64,000 bases of DNA, taken from Syntrophorhabdaceae bacterium (GTDB lineage: Bacteria > Desulfobacterota > Syntrophorhabdia > Syntrophorhabdales > Syntrophorhabdaceae). Location: contig OY762209.1 of assembly GCA_963665295.1 (NCBI GenBank), forward strand, positions 2,688,001 through 2,752,000, in the 5' to 3' direction. Position 1 is the stretch's first letter. Every line of letters begins with the position of its first letter. This document shows, piece after piece, positions 19,866-29,127 of the stretch. Under the pieces are notes generated by a model. The model did no database searches and was not told the origin of the DNA. It saw only the letters and a program-made list of their open reading frames with translations. Position numbers and translations under genes: made by a program.

Positions 19866-21235
19866 AGGCGTGGGGAGGCAGGTTTAAGGGAGAAACCAAT
19901 CCGCTCATGGAGCGCTACAGCGCGTCCATCGATTTTGACTGGGTTCTTTTTGAATATGATATAGAAGGGAGCAAGGCCCACGCGAGGATGCTCCATAAGA
20001 TAGGCATACTGAGCGAAAAGGAAAAAGACGACATCATAACCGCCTTGAGCGAGGTAAAGGCGGAGATAGAGGAAGGGCAGCTTTTGTTCAAGGCCTCCCT
20101 GGAGGACATCCACATGCACGTCGAGGCTCGGCTCATCGAGAAGACGGGCGATGCGGGTAAGCGGCTCCACACGGGGAGGAGCAGAAACGATCAGGTTTCC
20201 CTCGACATGAGGCTCTACCTGAAAGACGAACTGGCCCTGGTGGAACGGGGACTCGTCGCACTGCTGCGGGCCCTTGTTGAAAAAGCCGCAAAGGAGAAAC
20301 AGGTTTTCATGCCCGGCTATACCCATATGCAGAAGGCGCAGGTGGTTCCTTTCGCCCATTACCTTCTCGCATATTACTATATGTTGAAAAGGGACAGGGA
20401 GCGTTTGAAAGGCGTGATGAGCGCCATTGATGTCCTTCCCTTGGGAAGCGGTGCCCTCGCGGGCTCCACCATACCCCTCGACAGGGAATTCGTAAGGGAA
20501 AATCTGGGATTTTCACGGATCTCGGAGAACAGCATGGACACGGTTGCGGACAGGGATTTCGTCCTTGACGCGATCTTTGCGTGCACCATGATCATGACCC
20601 ACTTAGGCAGGATGTCGGAGGACTTCATCATCTTCTCCACGGAGGAATTCGGTTATATCTCCCTGCCGGACGAGTTGTGTACGGGAAGCAGTCTCATGCC
20701 CCAGAAGAAGAATCCCGATGCCCTGGAGTTGACGAGAGGCAAGACGGCAAGGGTCGTGGGCGACCTCGTGAGCCTCTTCACCCTTTTGAAGGGTCTCCCC
20801 ATGACCTATAACAGGGACCTCCAGGAGGATAAGGAGCCTCTGTTCCACGCGGTAAACACGGTGAAGGATGCCCTGTCCATAATGACCCTGTGTATCGAGG
20901 GTGTCGAAGTGAATGACAAAAGGATGGAAGAAGCGGCATTGAAAAGTTTCATGCCTGCCGTGGAGATGGCGGAGTATCTTACCCTGAAAGGCATTCCCTT
21001 CAGGGAGGCCCATGGAATAGTAGGCAAGATGGTCAGAGACTGCGAAGAAAGAGGAATATTTCTCTCAGCCATGACGGTGAAGGACATGTCGGCATATTCC
21101 GACGCCTTCGACGACGAGGTGTATGAGCATATCGATCCCCGGAAAATCTTAAGGAGCAGGCGCACCATAGGGGCGGCTTCTTTTGACCAGGTGGAAAAGG
21201 AACTCGATGCGGAAAAGCGTTATCTTAATCATTAG
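19862..21235 (+). CDS. argH: Argininosuccinate lyase
   Basis: WGGRF, HTGRSRNDQV, GSSLMPQKKNPD, YNRDLQEDKE. Confidence 0.97.
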   Translation: MKAWGGRFKGETNPLMERYSASIDFDWVLFEYDIEGSKAHARMLHKIGILSEKEKDDIITALSEVKAEIEEGQLLFKASLEDIHMHVEARLIEKTGDAGKRLHTGRSRNDQVSLDMRLYLKDELALVERGLVALLRALVEKAAKEKQVFMPGYTHMQKAQVVPFAHYLLAYYYMLKRDRERLKGVMSAIDVLPLGSGALAGSTIPLDREFVRENLGFSRISENSMDTVADRDFVLDAIFACTMIMTHLGRMSEDFIIFSTEEFGYISLPDELCTGSSLMPQKKNPDALELTRGKTARVVGDLVSLFTLLKGLPMTYNRDLQEDKEPLFHAVNTVKDALSIMTLCIEGVEVNDKRMEEAALKSFMPAVEMAEYLTLKGIPFREAHGIVGKMVRDCEERGIFLSAMTVKDMSAYSDAFDDEVYEHIDPRKILRSRRTIGAASFDQVEKELDAEKRYLNH

Positions 21236-22208
21236 CCTTGCCGTTTTGCTCCTCATCGCGGGATGCGGCAAGAAGGGACTCCCGATGCCGGAGAAGCTTT
21301 CCCTGCCGGGAGGTATGAGAGACCTGTCGGGTGAAGGCAGGGGCGGAGTACTGTTCCTTTCTTTCTCCATACCGGCAAGAGATTCGATGGGGGCCGAACT
21401 CAGGGACCTCGGGGGATTTCGTATCCTCAAGAGTTGCGGCAGTTGCATGGGAGCATTCGAACCCTTCAAGGACATCCGTCTGGACGAAGGGCAGGGATAC
21501 ACGATAGTGAACAATAGAATCTATCTCTACGATGACGACTTGAGGGCGGGATTCCGGTATTCGTATCGCGTGTACCCCATGACGAAGCTGGGCACCACGG
21601 GTGAAGCATCGAATGTATTCTCCCTCACGTGGCAGACGCCGCCCGGGCGGCCGGTGAACATCTCGGCCAAGGGCGATGATGAACAGGTCGAACTGAACTG
21701 GACGAGAGAGGATAACCTCGTATATAACGTTTACAGGGTCAAGGAAAACGTCTACCCTCTCTTTCCCGTCAACCCCGGTCCCCTTTCCACCCCGCTCTTT
21801 CTTGATACGGGTCTCGAAAACGGGAAGGCATACGAATATGAGATAAGGGCCGCCATGGTAAAAGACGGCATGATGTTCGAAGGGGAGGGCACACGGGTAA
21901 AGGTTATCACGGTGGACAGAACGCCTCCCAAAGCGCCGCAGGGCATCAAGGTGGAAAAGAAGGGCCGCGGGGCCCTGATAGCATGGAAAATGAACTCGGA
22001 GAAGGACCTTCTCGGCTATAACGTCTACAGGATAGGCGGCGGAATGCCCGTGAAATTGAACGGCGAACCTGTCAGGGAACTCCAGTTCTATGACGGGAAA
22101 GTTCCCGCCGATGCAAGATACACGTCGTACTACGTGACTGCCTTGGACACGTCGAATAACGAGAGTGAGCACTCCAAGGAAGCCATAATACTACTAATGA
22201 AAGAGTGA
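21207..22208 (+). CDS. Lipoprotein with LptM/LppL-like N-terminus and fibronectin type III domains
   Basis: Lipobox IAGC followed by GKKGLP.P; FN3 signatures (YNVYR, YEYEIRA, PPKAP, YYVTALD..NES). Confidence 0.75.
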   Translation: MRKSVILIISLAVLLLIAGCGKKGLPMPEKLSLPGGMRDLSGEGRGGVLFLSFSIPARDSMGAELRDLGGFRILKSCGSCMGAFEPFKDIRLDEGQGYTIVNNRIYLYDDDLRAGFRYSYRVYPMTKLGTTGEASNVFSLTWQTPPGRPVNISAKGDDEQVELNWTREDNLVYNVYRVKENVYPLFPVNPGPLSTPLFLDTGLENGKAYEYEIRAAMVKDGMMFEGEGTRVKVITVDRTPPKAPQGIKVEKKGRGALIAWKMNSEKDLLGYNVYRIGGGMPVKLNGEPVRELQFYDGKVPADARYTSYYVTALDTSNNESEHSKEAIILLMKE

Positions 22209-22211
22209 GCC

Positions 22212-23471
22212 ATGAATTACTGCGAGTATAAGAACGGTGAATTGTATTGCGAAGAAGTGCCCGTCCGCGAGATCGCGGAGGCGACAGGCACGCCGGTTTA
22301 TGTTTACAGTCTGAGGACTATCGAAAGACACTTCCGGGTGTTCAACGAAGCCTTCCGGACGATCCCGCACCTTACATGCTACTCCTGTAAGGCCTGTTCC
22401 AACCTTGCGATCCTGAAGACCATCGGGAGACTCGGGGGAGGGATAGACATCGTATCGGGCGGTGAACTTTACCGGGCCCTGAAAGCGGGTATTCCGGCTG
22501 AGAAGATAGTCTTTTCCGGGGTCGGGAAGACGGAAGAAGAGATAAGGTCGGCCGTTGAAGCGGGTATCCTCATGATCAACGTGGAATCGGAGGACGAACT
22601 GGAAGTGGCCGCCGCTGTGGCGAGCCGCATGAAGGCAAGGGTGCCTGTCTCTATCAGGGTGAACCCGGAGATAGACCCCAAGACGCACCCGTACATAACC
22701 ACGGGTTTGAAGAAGAACAAATTCGGGGTGCTCTGGGAAGATGCATTCCGGCTCTATAAGAAGGCGCGGGACGACAAATACCTCGTGCCTGCGGGTATAT
22801 CCTCCCACATAGGCTCCCAGATCCTGGAACTCACGCCCTTTGTAGAGGCCATGCGATCCCTGAAAGGGATGGTGTCGCAGCTTGCGGGCGAGGGAATACC
22901 TCTTTCCTATATCGACATCGGCGGGGGACTCGGCATTACGTACAAGGACGAGTTGCCGCCTCATCCGGAAGACTACGCGCGCGTGGTTGAGGAGGAGTTG
23001 AAAGGCTCGGGACTCACGGCGATATTCGAGCCGGGAAGGGTCGTGATCGGAAACAGCGGAATATTCGTCACCCGGCTTCTCTATATCAAGAAGACGTCGG
23101 GGAAGACCTTTTATATTATTGACGGGGCCATGAACGACCTGGTGAGACCTTCTCTCTATGACGCGTACCATGAGATTACCCCTGTCAAGGCCGGAGACGG
23201 GTTGGGCCTGAAGGTGGACGTGGTGGGCCCCATTTGCGAATCCGGTGATTTTCTTGCCAGGGACAGGGAGATGCCTCAACTGGAAAGAAACGAACTGCTT
23301 GCGGTCAGGGGCGCGGGCGCCTATGGCTTCTCCATGTCCTCGAATTACAATTCGAGGCCGAGAGCCGCGGAGGTGCTCGTAAAGGGGAACGAATTTTTTG
23401 TGATACGAAAAAGAGAGACATTCGAAGACCTGATAAAAGGGGAGACGATCCCATCATTTTTGGAGGTGTAG
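22212..23471 (+). CDS. lysA: Diaminopimelate decarboxylase
   Basis: GTPVYVYS, YSCKA, HIGSQI, DIGGGLG, EPGR, GPICESGD, YNSRPR. Confidence 0.97.
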   Translation: MNYCEYKNGELYCEEVPVREIAEATGTPVYVYSLRTIERHFRVFNEAFRTIPHLTCYSCKACSNLAILKTIGRLGGGIDIVSGGELYRALKAGIPAEKIVFSGVGKTEEEIRSAVEAGILMINVESEDELEVAAAVASRMKARVPVSIRVNPEIDPKTHPYITTGLKKNKFGVLWEDAFRLYKKARDDKYLVPAGISSHIGSQILELTPFVEAMRSLKGMVSQLAGEGIPLSYIDIGGGLGITYKDELPPHPEDYARVVEEELKGSGLTAIFEPGRVVIGNSGIFVTRLLYIKKTSGKTFYIIDGAMNDLVRPSLYDAYHEITPVKAGDGLGLKVDVVGPICESGDFLARDREMPQLERNELLAVRGAGAYGFSMSSNYNSRPRAAEVLVKGNEFFVIRKRETFEDLIKGETIPSFLEV

Positions 23472-23475
23472 TAGC

Positions 23476-24288
23476 GTGGTTGAATTGGAATTTTTTAAGA
23501 TGAGCGCAAGCGGGAACGATTTCATCGTCGTCGATAACAGGGATGGGAAGGTGAACGGGGGTTTCTCCGATGTCCCCGGACTTATCAGGAAGATATGCCG
23601 GAACCACCACTCCGTAGGCGCCGATGGCGTAATACTGATAGAGAATTCGGTGGAACACGATTTTCGCTGGTCCTTCTATAACGCCGACGGCTCGGAAGCG
23701 GAGATGTGCGGAAACGGCGGCCGTTGTGCCGCAAGGTTTGCCTACATGAACGGCATCGCCGGGCAGCAGATGGCTTTTGAGACTATTGCCGGGGTCATAA
23801 AGGCGGAAGTGAACGGGACACGGGTCAAATTGCAGCTTACCACCCCCGTTGACCTGAAGCTTGACTACCCCGTGGGACTCGAAGATAAGGAGATATTCCT
23901 GAGCAGCGTCAATACAGGAGTGCCCCATGCGGTTCTTCTCGTTGATGACGTGGATCATATGCCCGTGGAGGACCTGGGGCGGCGCGTCCGCCACCACAAG
24001 GCCTTTGGAGAGAAAGGCACCAACGTGGACTTCGTGGAGGTCATGGACAGGGAAAACATCAAGATCAGGACCTACGAACGAGGTGTCGAGGGAGAGACTT
24101 ATGCGTGCGGGACCGGCGCCGTGGCCGTGGGTGTAATACTCAAGCAGAAGGCGCTTGTGGAGAGTCCCGTAAACATTCGGACGAGGGGCGGAGAGATACT
24201 TAAAGTCTACCTTGACGGGGAAGTCTATCTCGAAGGGGACGCCAAACTGATATACATAGGCAGGCTACAGGAAGAAGCACTTTTATAG
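23476..24288 (+). CDS. dapF: Diaminopimelate epimerase
   Basis: GNDFI, NADGSEAEMCGNG, TGVPH, ERGVEGETYACGTG. Confidence 0.97.
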   Translation: MVELEFFKMSASGNDFIVVDNRDGKVNGGFSDVPGLIRKICRNHHSVGADGVILIENSVEHDFRWSFYNADGSEAEMCGNGGRCAARFAYMNGIAGQQMAFETIAGVIKAEVNGTRVKLQLTTPVDLKLDYPVGLEDKEIFLSSVNTGVPHAVLLVDDVDHMPVEDLGRRVRHHKAFGEKGTNVDFVEVMDRENIKIRTYERGVEGETYACGTGAVAVGVILKQKALVESPVNIRTRGGEILKVYLDGEVYLEGDAKLIYIGRLQEEALL

Positions 24289-24300
24289 AAAGGAGACGTC

Positions 24301-25188
24301 ATGGACTTAAGAGGCATTTACACGGCTTTGGTGACCCCCTTTGCCGGGTACAAAGTGGACGAAGAGGCCCTGAAGAGGCTTATAGAATTTCAACTGGAAA
24401 ACGGTATCAACGGCATCGTGGCCTGCGGGTCCACGGGCGAGGCAGCCACCCTTTCCTACGAGGAGCACGCGAGGGTGATCGAGCTTTCCATCAAGTACGT
24501 GAACGGCGCGGTGCCTGTGATCGCGGGGACCGGGTCGAACAGTACCACGGAAACGGTCGAACTGACGCAGAGCGCCAGGAAACTCGGCGCAGACGGTTGC
24601 CTCCTTACGACGCCCTACTACAACAAACCCACTCAGGAAGGCCTCTACAGGCATTACAAGAAAGTGGCCGAAGAAGTCGATATTCCTATCATCCTCTATA
24701 ACATCCCCGGGAGGACAGGGATTAATATGTCGCCCGAGACCATTGCAAGGATTGCGCAGATCCCGAATGTAGTGGGCATAAAAGAGGCATCCGGATCGGT
24801 TCTCCAGGTCGCCGAGATATTCAGACTGACAAAGGGGACCTTTACCATCGTCTCCGGAGACGACAACCTATTTCTCCCCATGATGAGCGTGGGCGCGGTG
24901 GGCGTCATATCGGTGATTTCAAACCTTATGCCCCGGGCATTGAAGGAGCTTTACAAGACGTTCCTGGAAGAGAAGGATGTGGAGAAGGCAAGGGACCTCA
25001 ACGTGGGTCTTCTGCCGATCATGCAGGCCATGTTCGTGGAAACGAACCCCATCCCGGTAAAGGAGGCCCTCTACCATATGGGTCTCGTGGAGAAAGAGTT
25101 CAGACTTCCCCTATGCCCGCTCTCTGAGGGGAATAGCGCCTTCCTCAAGGGTATCCTCAAAGAATACGGGCTGCTGAGGAGGGAGTAA
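24301..25188 (+). CDS. dapA: 4-hydroxy-tetrahydrodipicolinate synthase
   Basis: TALVTPF, GSTGE, PYYNKP, YNIPGRT, GIKEASG, ETNPIPVK. Confidence 0.97.
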   Translation: MDLRGIYTALVTPFAGYKVDEEALKRLIEFQLENGINGIVACGSTGEAATLSYEEHARVIELSIKYVNGAVPVIAGTGSNSTTETVELTQSARKLGADGCLLTTPYYNKPTQEGLYRHYKKVAEEVDIPIILYNIPGRTGINMSPETIARIAQIPNVVGIKEASGSVLQVAEIFRLTKGTFTIVSGDDNLFLPMMSVGAVGVISVISNLMPRALKELYKTFLEEKDVEKARDLNVGLLPIMQAMFVETNPIPVKEALYHMGLVEKEFRLPLCPLSEGNSAFLKGILKEYGLLRRE

Positions 25189-25976
25189 TGGTCAGGATTA
25201 TCATAACCGGCGTTGCAGGCAAGGTGGGCAGCGCCATACTGAGGCTGGCCCTTGACGACGAAGGGGTAGCGGTGACAGGCGCGCTGGAAATGAAGAGCCA
25301 CCCCCTCATCGGCAAGAACCTTGATATGGCAGGTGCTTCATCGATCCGGGTCGAGGACGACCTGTCCCGCATTATAGACGGTTGCGACGCAGTGATCGAT
25401 TTCACCGACCCTAAGGCGTCCCTCGAACATTTCCGGATAGCCGCCGCGAGGAAAAAGGCGATAATCATAGGCACCACCGGTTTTTCCGAAGAGGCCCTTA
25501 ACGAGATAAAGACAACCCCCGGGGTCCGGGTGGTTATTTCTCCCAATATGAGCGTGGGCATGAACCTCATGTTCGACGTGGTGGAAAGGCTTTCACGCAT
25601 ACTCAAGGAAGGCTACGACATAGAGATCGTGGAGATGCACCACCGGTTGAAAAAGGACGCTCCCAGCGGTACCGCCGTCAAACTGATGGAAGTTGCCGAG
25701 GCGGCGCAGCCCGACAGGGATTGGATTGAAATCTTCGGAAGAAAGGGCATTATCGGAGAGAGAAAACCCGATGAAATAGGGGTCCTTGCCCTAAGGGGCG
25801 GCGACGTGGTGGGCGAGCACACGGTAATGTTCGCCGGTCCCGGCGAACGTCTTGAAGTGACCCATAGGGCTTACTCTCGGGAGAACTTTGCAAGAGGAGC
25901 CATTGTGGCCGCCAAGTGGATTGCCGGCAAAGGTGAAGGCATTTACTCCATGAAGGATGTGCTGGGCCTGACATAG
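25188..25976 (+). CDS. dapB: 4-hydroxy-tetrahydrodipicolinate reductase
   Basis: IDFT, IGTTG, EMHHRLKKDAPSGTA, RGGDVVGEH. Confidence 0.97.
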   Translation: MVRIIITGVAGKVGSAILRLALDDEGVAVTGALEMKSHPLIGKNLDMAGASSIRVEDDLSRIIDGCDAVIDFTDPKASLEHFRIAAARKKAIIIGTTGFSEEALNEIKTTPGVRVVISPNMSVGMNLMFDVVERLSRILKEGYDIEIVEMHHRLKKDAPSGTAVKLMEVAEAAQPDRDWIEIFGRKGIIGERKPDEIGVLALRGGDVVGEHTVMFAGPGERLEVTHRAYSRENFARGAIVAAKWIAGKGEGIYSMKDVLGLT

Positions 25977-26222
25977 CGTGCGCCGGTCAGGGCCGGCATT
26001 GTCTTCCCCGGCCGATGTCCGTTCCTCGATTCTGACCTTCGGATGCACCCCTTGTGCATACAGGGACAACATAATTATCGTTTTTCTCCATTCCCCTGTC
26101 TTTACGGCCCATCGCCCCCGGGATGCCTCCTGTTGCCGGAAGGGGCCCTCCGCCATGAAAGTGAACAATGTACCGCACATAGGGACTTTCCTGGCGTCAG
26201 GGAAGGCGGATTGCGGGAGCGC

Positions 26223-26240
26223 TTGTTAAATATTTCTCTT
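26223..26240. promoter_or_regulatory. Possible Rex operator upstream of rex
   Basis: TTGTTAAATATTTCTCTT matches 14/18 positions of TTGTGAAATATTTCACAA. Confidence 0.4.
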
Positions 26241-26317
26241 GCAATTGACCCCGATAACTGTTACATAACATACGAATGCAAAAAAGAATTAAATGATTTT
26301 ACAGACAGGTGTCGAAA

Positions 26318-26959
26318 ATGGCTAAATATTCCAAAATTCCGGAAGCAACAATACGAAGGCTGTCGAGCTATCTGAAATGTCTCGAAGACCTCGAAACCAA
26401 GAACGAAAAGGTCGCGTCAAGCGCCCTTTTGGCAAATATGTGCAACGTAAATGCGGCCCAGGTAAGGAAGGATTTTGCCTACTTCGGCGAGTTCGGTGTA
26501 CGGGGCATGGGTTACAATGTCAAGGAATTGAAGTTCAATATCAAAGAAATCCTGGGCATCAACAGGGAGTGGAAGATAGGCGTGGTCGGCATCGGCAACA
26601 TGGGCAGCGCCCTTCTGGTGTACAAGGACTTCCTGAAACAGAACTATAAGATCGTAGCGGCCTTTGATATCGATCCCGCGAAAGTGATCGGACATATTTC
26701 GGAAAAGATGGGAAGGCCGGTGGAGATCCTTCATGTGGACATACTAAAAGAGGTGGTAAAGGCACGGGGCGTAGAGATAGGGATAATTACCACACCTCCC
26801 AGCGAGGCCCAGAAAGTTGCAAACCTGCTTGTAGACGCCAACGTGAAGGGTATTCTTAATTTCTCACCTTCCCCTGTGACTGTCCCCAAGCATGTGAAGC
26901 TGAGGAACCTTTTCTTTACGTCAGCCCTTGACAACCTGGTATACTACCTTTCGAACTGA
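26318..26959 (+). CDS. rex: Redox-sensing transcriptional repressor Rex
   Basis: IPEATIRRL, QVRKDFAYFGEFGVRGMGYNV, VGIGNMGSAL, GILNF. Confidence 0.96.
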   Translation: MAKYSKIPEATIRRLSSYLKCLEDLETKNEKVASSALLANMCNVNAAQVRKDFAYFGEFGVRGMGYNVKELKFNIKEILGINREWKIGVVGIGNMGSALLVYKDFLKQNYKIVAAFDIDPAKVIGHISEKMGRPVEILHVDILKEVVKARGVEIGIITTPPSEAQKVANLLVDANVKGILNFSPSPVTVPKHVKLRNLFFTSALDNLVYYLSN

Positions 26960-26968
26960 GGTTGGTTG

Positions 26969-27178
26969 ATGAGTAAAATGCTGGGCACCATCATTGAGAT
27001 GTTCGTATATTCGGCCATCTTCATGATTATCGTCCTCGTCTCGGTGAAGATAGTCGGTTCGGTATTTTCAACCGATTTCGAGAAGAAGATCGCCGAAGAG
27101 GGCAATGTGGGACTCGCCATTGTCTGCGGCTCCATGTTTATAGGCCTTGCCCTTCTCCTCTCATCCATCGCGAGATAA
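26969..27178 (+). CDS. Small membrane protein, DUF350-like
   Basis: Two hydrophobic segments flanking EKKIAEEGNVGLAI. Confidence 0.7.
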   Translation: MSKMLGTIIEMFVYSAIFMIIVLVSVKIVGSVFSTDFEKKIAEEGNVGLAIVCGSMFIGLALLLSSIAR

Positions 27179-27239
27179 TGGGTATGATCTATCGATCGCC
27201 CACGGTGTGCCGGACTTGCAGCCTTAGGTTGAGGATCGC

Positions 27240-27974
27240 ATGAAAAGAGCCTTTTTTGTAACGGGAACGGATACGGGCGTGGGAAAGACCCTCGCCGCGG
27301 TAAGTCTGGCCGCATACTTCAAACATAAAATGGGACTCAACGTGGGCGTAATGAAGCCCTTTGAAACGGGCCTGCCCGTGGACCGGACCGAGTTGTTCCC
27401 CTGCGACGCAAAATCCCTCAAGGACATGTCAGGCACAAGCGACGACCTTGCCGTGATCAATCCATGTTCTTTCAGATTGCCCCTTTCGCCCGAAGCCGCG
27501 GCTTCCGTGGAAAGGAAAATAATAGACCTTGCGGTGGTGGAGCGGACCTACGAGAAGATCGTCGAAAGCCATGACATTACCATCGTCGAGGGAGCGGGCG
27601 GGGTCCTCGTCCCTATAAAGGAGGATTTTTTCTTCTCCGACCTCATAAAAAGATGGGCTTTGCCTGCTCTTGTCGTTTCACGGCTCGGTCTCGGCACAAT
27701 CAACCATACGCTTCTCACCTGCCGGTTTCTTCAATCCCAGGGGATCAAGGTGATTGGCGTAATCCTTAACGATACGGACGGATCGGGCGATACCGCCGCG
27801 AAAACAAACCCGGATGTGTTGAGGAAGTATCTGACAGTGCCGGTCCTCGGCGTTCTTCCTTACCTTACGGAGAAAGAACGGGAAAGCCTCGACGCGGGGC
27901 GACTCGCCGACATGCTCGCCGCCCACGTCAAGGTGGGAATTATTTACGACGAAGCAGTTCTCCAATCTCCTTGA
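27240..27974 (+). CDS. bioD: Dethiobiotin synthase
   Basis: FVTGTDTGVGKT, KPFETG, VEGAGG, LGTINHTLL. Confidence 0.96.
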   Translation: MKRAFFVTGTDTGVGKTLAAVSLAAYFKHKMGLNVGVMKPFETGLPVDRTELFPCDAKSLKDMSGTSDDLAVINPCSFRLPLSPEAAASVERKIIDLAVVERTYEKIVESHDITIVEGAGGVLVPIKEDFFFSDLIKRWALPALVVSRLGLGTINHTLLTCRFLQSQGIKVIGVILNDTDGSGDTAAKTNPDVLRKYLTVPVLGVLPYLTEKERESLDAGRLADMLAAHVKVGIIYDEAVLQSP

Positions 27975-29124
27975 AATACTTCCGCGACCCTTCGATTATC
28001 TCCATGTCCACGCAGTAGGCCAGCCTGAAGTAGCCTCCCTTGCCGAAGCCGATGCCGGGCACGCCGAGGACGTGGTGTTTCTGCATGGTCCTTACGAATT
28101 TGATGTCATCGGGAATGGGCGATTTGGGGAAGATGTAGAAGGCCCCCAGAGGTTTTGTGACCTCGAAGCCCGAACTTACGAGGATGTCGTAAATGGTGTC
28201 CCTCTTCTTCTGGTAGTCCATGATGTCCACGCTGTTTTTCTGAAATTTTCCCACGAGGCGCTGCATTATGGCGGGGGCATTGATGAACCCGAGGATCCTG
28301 TTTGCGAATATGGCCGCATCGATGAAAGTCTTCACATTCTTGAGATGCGGCGATATGGCGATATAACCGATCCTCTCACCCGGGAGGGCGAGGTCCTTTG
28401 AATGGGACGTGACGGTGATGGTGTCGTCATAGAGTTTGAAGAAGTCGGGAAAGGGCGTATTGTCGTATATGATCTTTCTGTAAGCCTCATCGGAAATGAC
28501 GAAAATCCTTTGTCCCTTTTTCCGTTTCTCCTTGAGCAGGGCGGCAAGCTTCTTCAATTCGTCCTCGGTGTATACGACACCTGTGGGATTGTGAGGGGAG
28601 TTTACTATGATCGCCTTGGTTTTTTCCGTGATCGCTTCGTTTATTTTGTCGATGTCGAGGTGAAAATCGTCGCGCGTATCCACGAGTTTTATGACGCCGC
28701 CATGATTCCCTATATAGAACCTGAACTCCACGAAGTAGGGACAGGGTACGATCACTTCGTCCCCCGGGTCGAGGAGGGCCTTGCATGCTACATTGATGCC
28801 TCCCGCCGCGCCCACAGTCATGATGATGTGGCTGCTTGTAAAATCGAGGCCGGTTCGTTCGCGATGGAACTCCGCGATCTCCGCCCTCACCTCTTCATAC
28901 CCGCTGTTCGTCATATACCGGTGCACGCCTTTGATATCCGCTGCGCAAATCTTCGCAAGTTCGTCCTTGAGGGCCTGAGGGGGTTCCGCAATGGGATTTC
29001 CAAGGGTAAAATCAAAGATATTCTCCGGACCAAACTCTCTCTTCAGTCTCTCACTCTCTTCAAACATTGCCCTGATCCAGGAAGAACTTTTCATCGACTC
29101 AGCGATGCTCTTTGATATAGCCAT
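27940..29124 (-). CDS. Class I PLP aminotransferase (aspartate/aromatic type)
   Basis: DFTLGNP, NSPHNPTG, SDEAY, SHSKDLALPGERIGY. Confidence 0.93.
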   Translation of the reverse strand: MAISKSIAESMKSSSWIRAMFEESERLKREFGPENIFDFTLGNPIAEPPQALKDELAKICAADIKGVHRYMTNSGYEEVRAEIAEFHRERTGLDFTSSHIIMTVGAAGGINVACKALLDPGDEVIVPCPYFVEFRFYIGNHGGVIKLVDTRDDFHLDIDKINEAITEKTKAIIVNSPHNPTGVVYTEDELKKLAALLKEKRKKGQRIFVISDEAYRKIIYDNTPFPDFFKLYDDTITVTSHSKDLALPGERIGYIAISPHLKNVKTFIDAAIFANRILGFINAPAIMQRLVGKFQKNSVDIMDYQKKRDTIYDILVSSGFEVTKPLGAFYIFPKSPIPDDIKFVRTMQKHHVLGVPGIGFGKGGYFRLAYCVDMEIIEGSRKYFKEIGELLRRK

Positions 29125-29127
29125 ATT

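Noticed and set aside
25977..26220. Short ORFs or ncRNA between dapB and rex
   Set aside because: No SD-supported ORF with a motif, and no recognisable RNA family.
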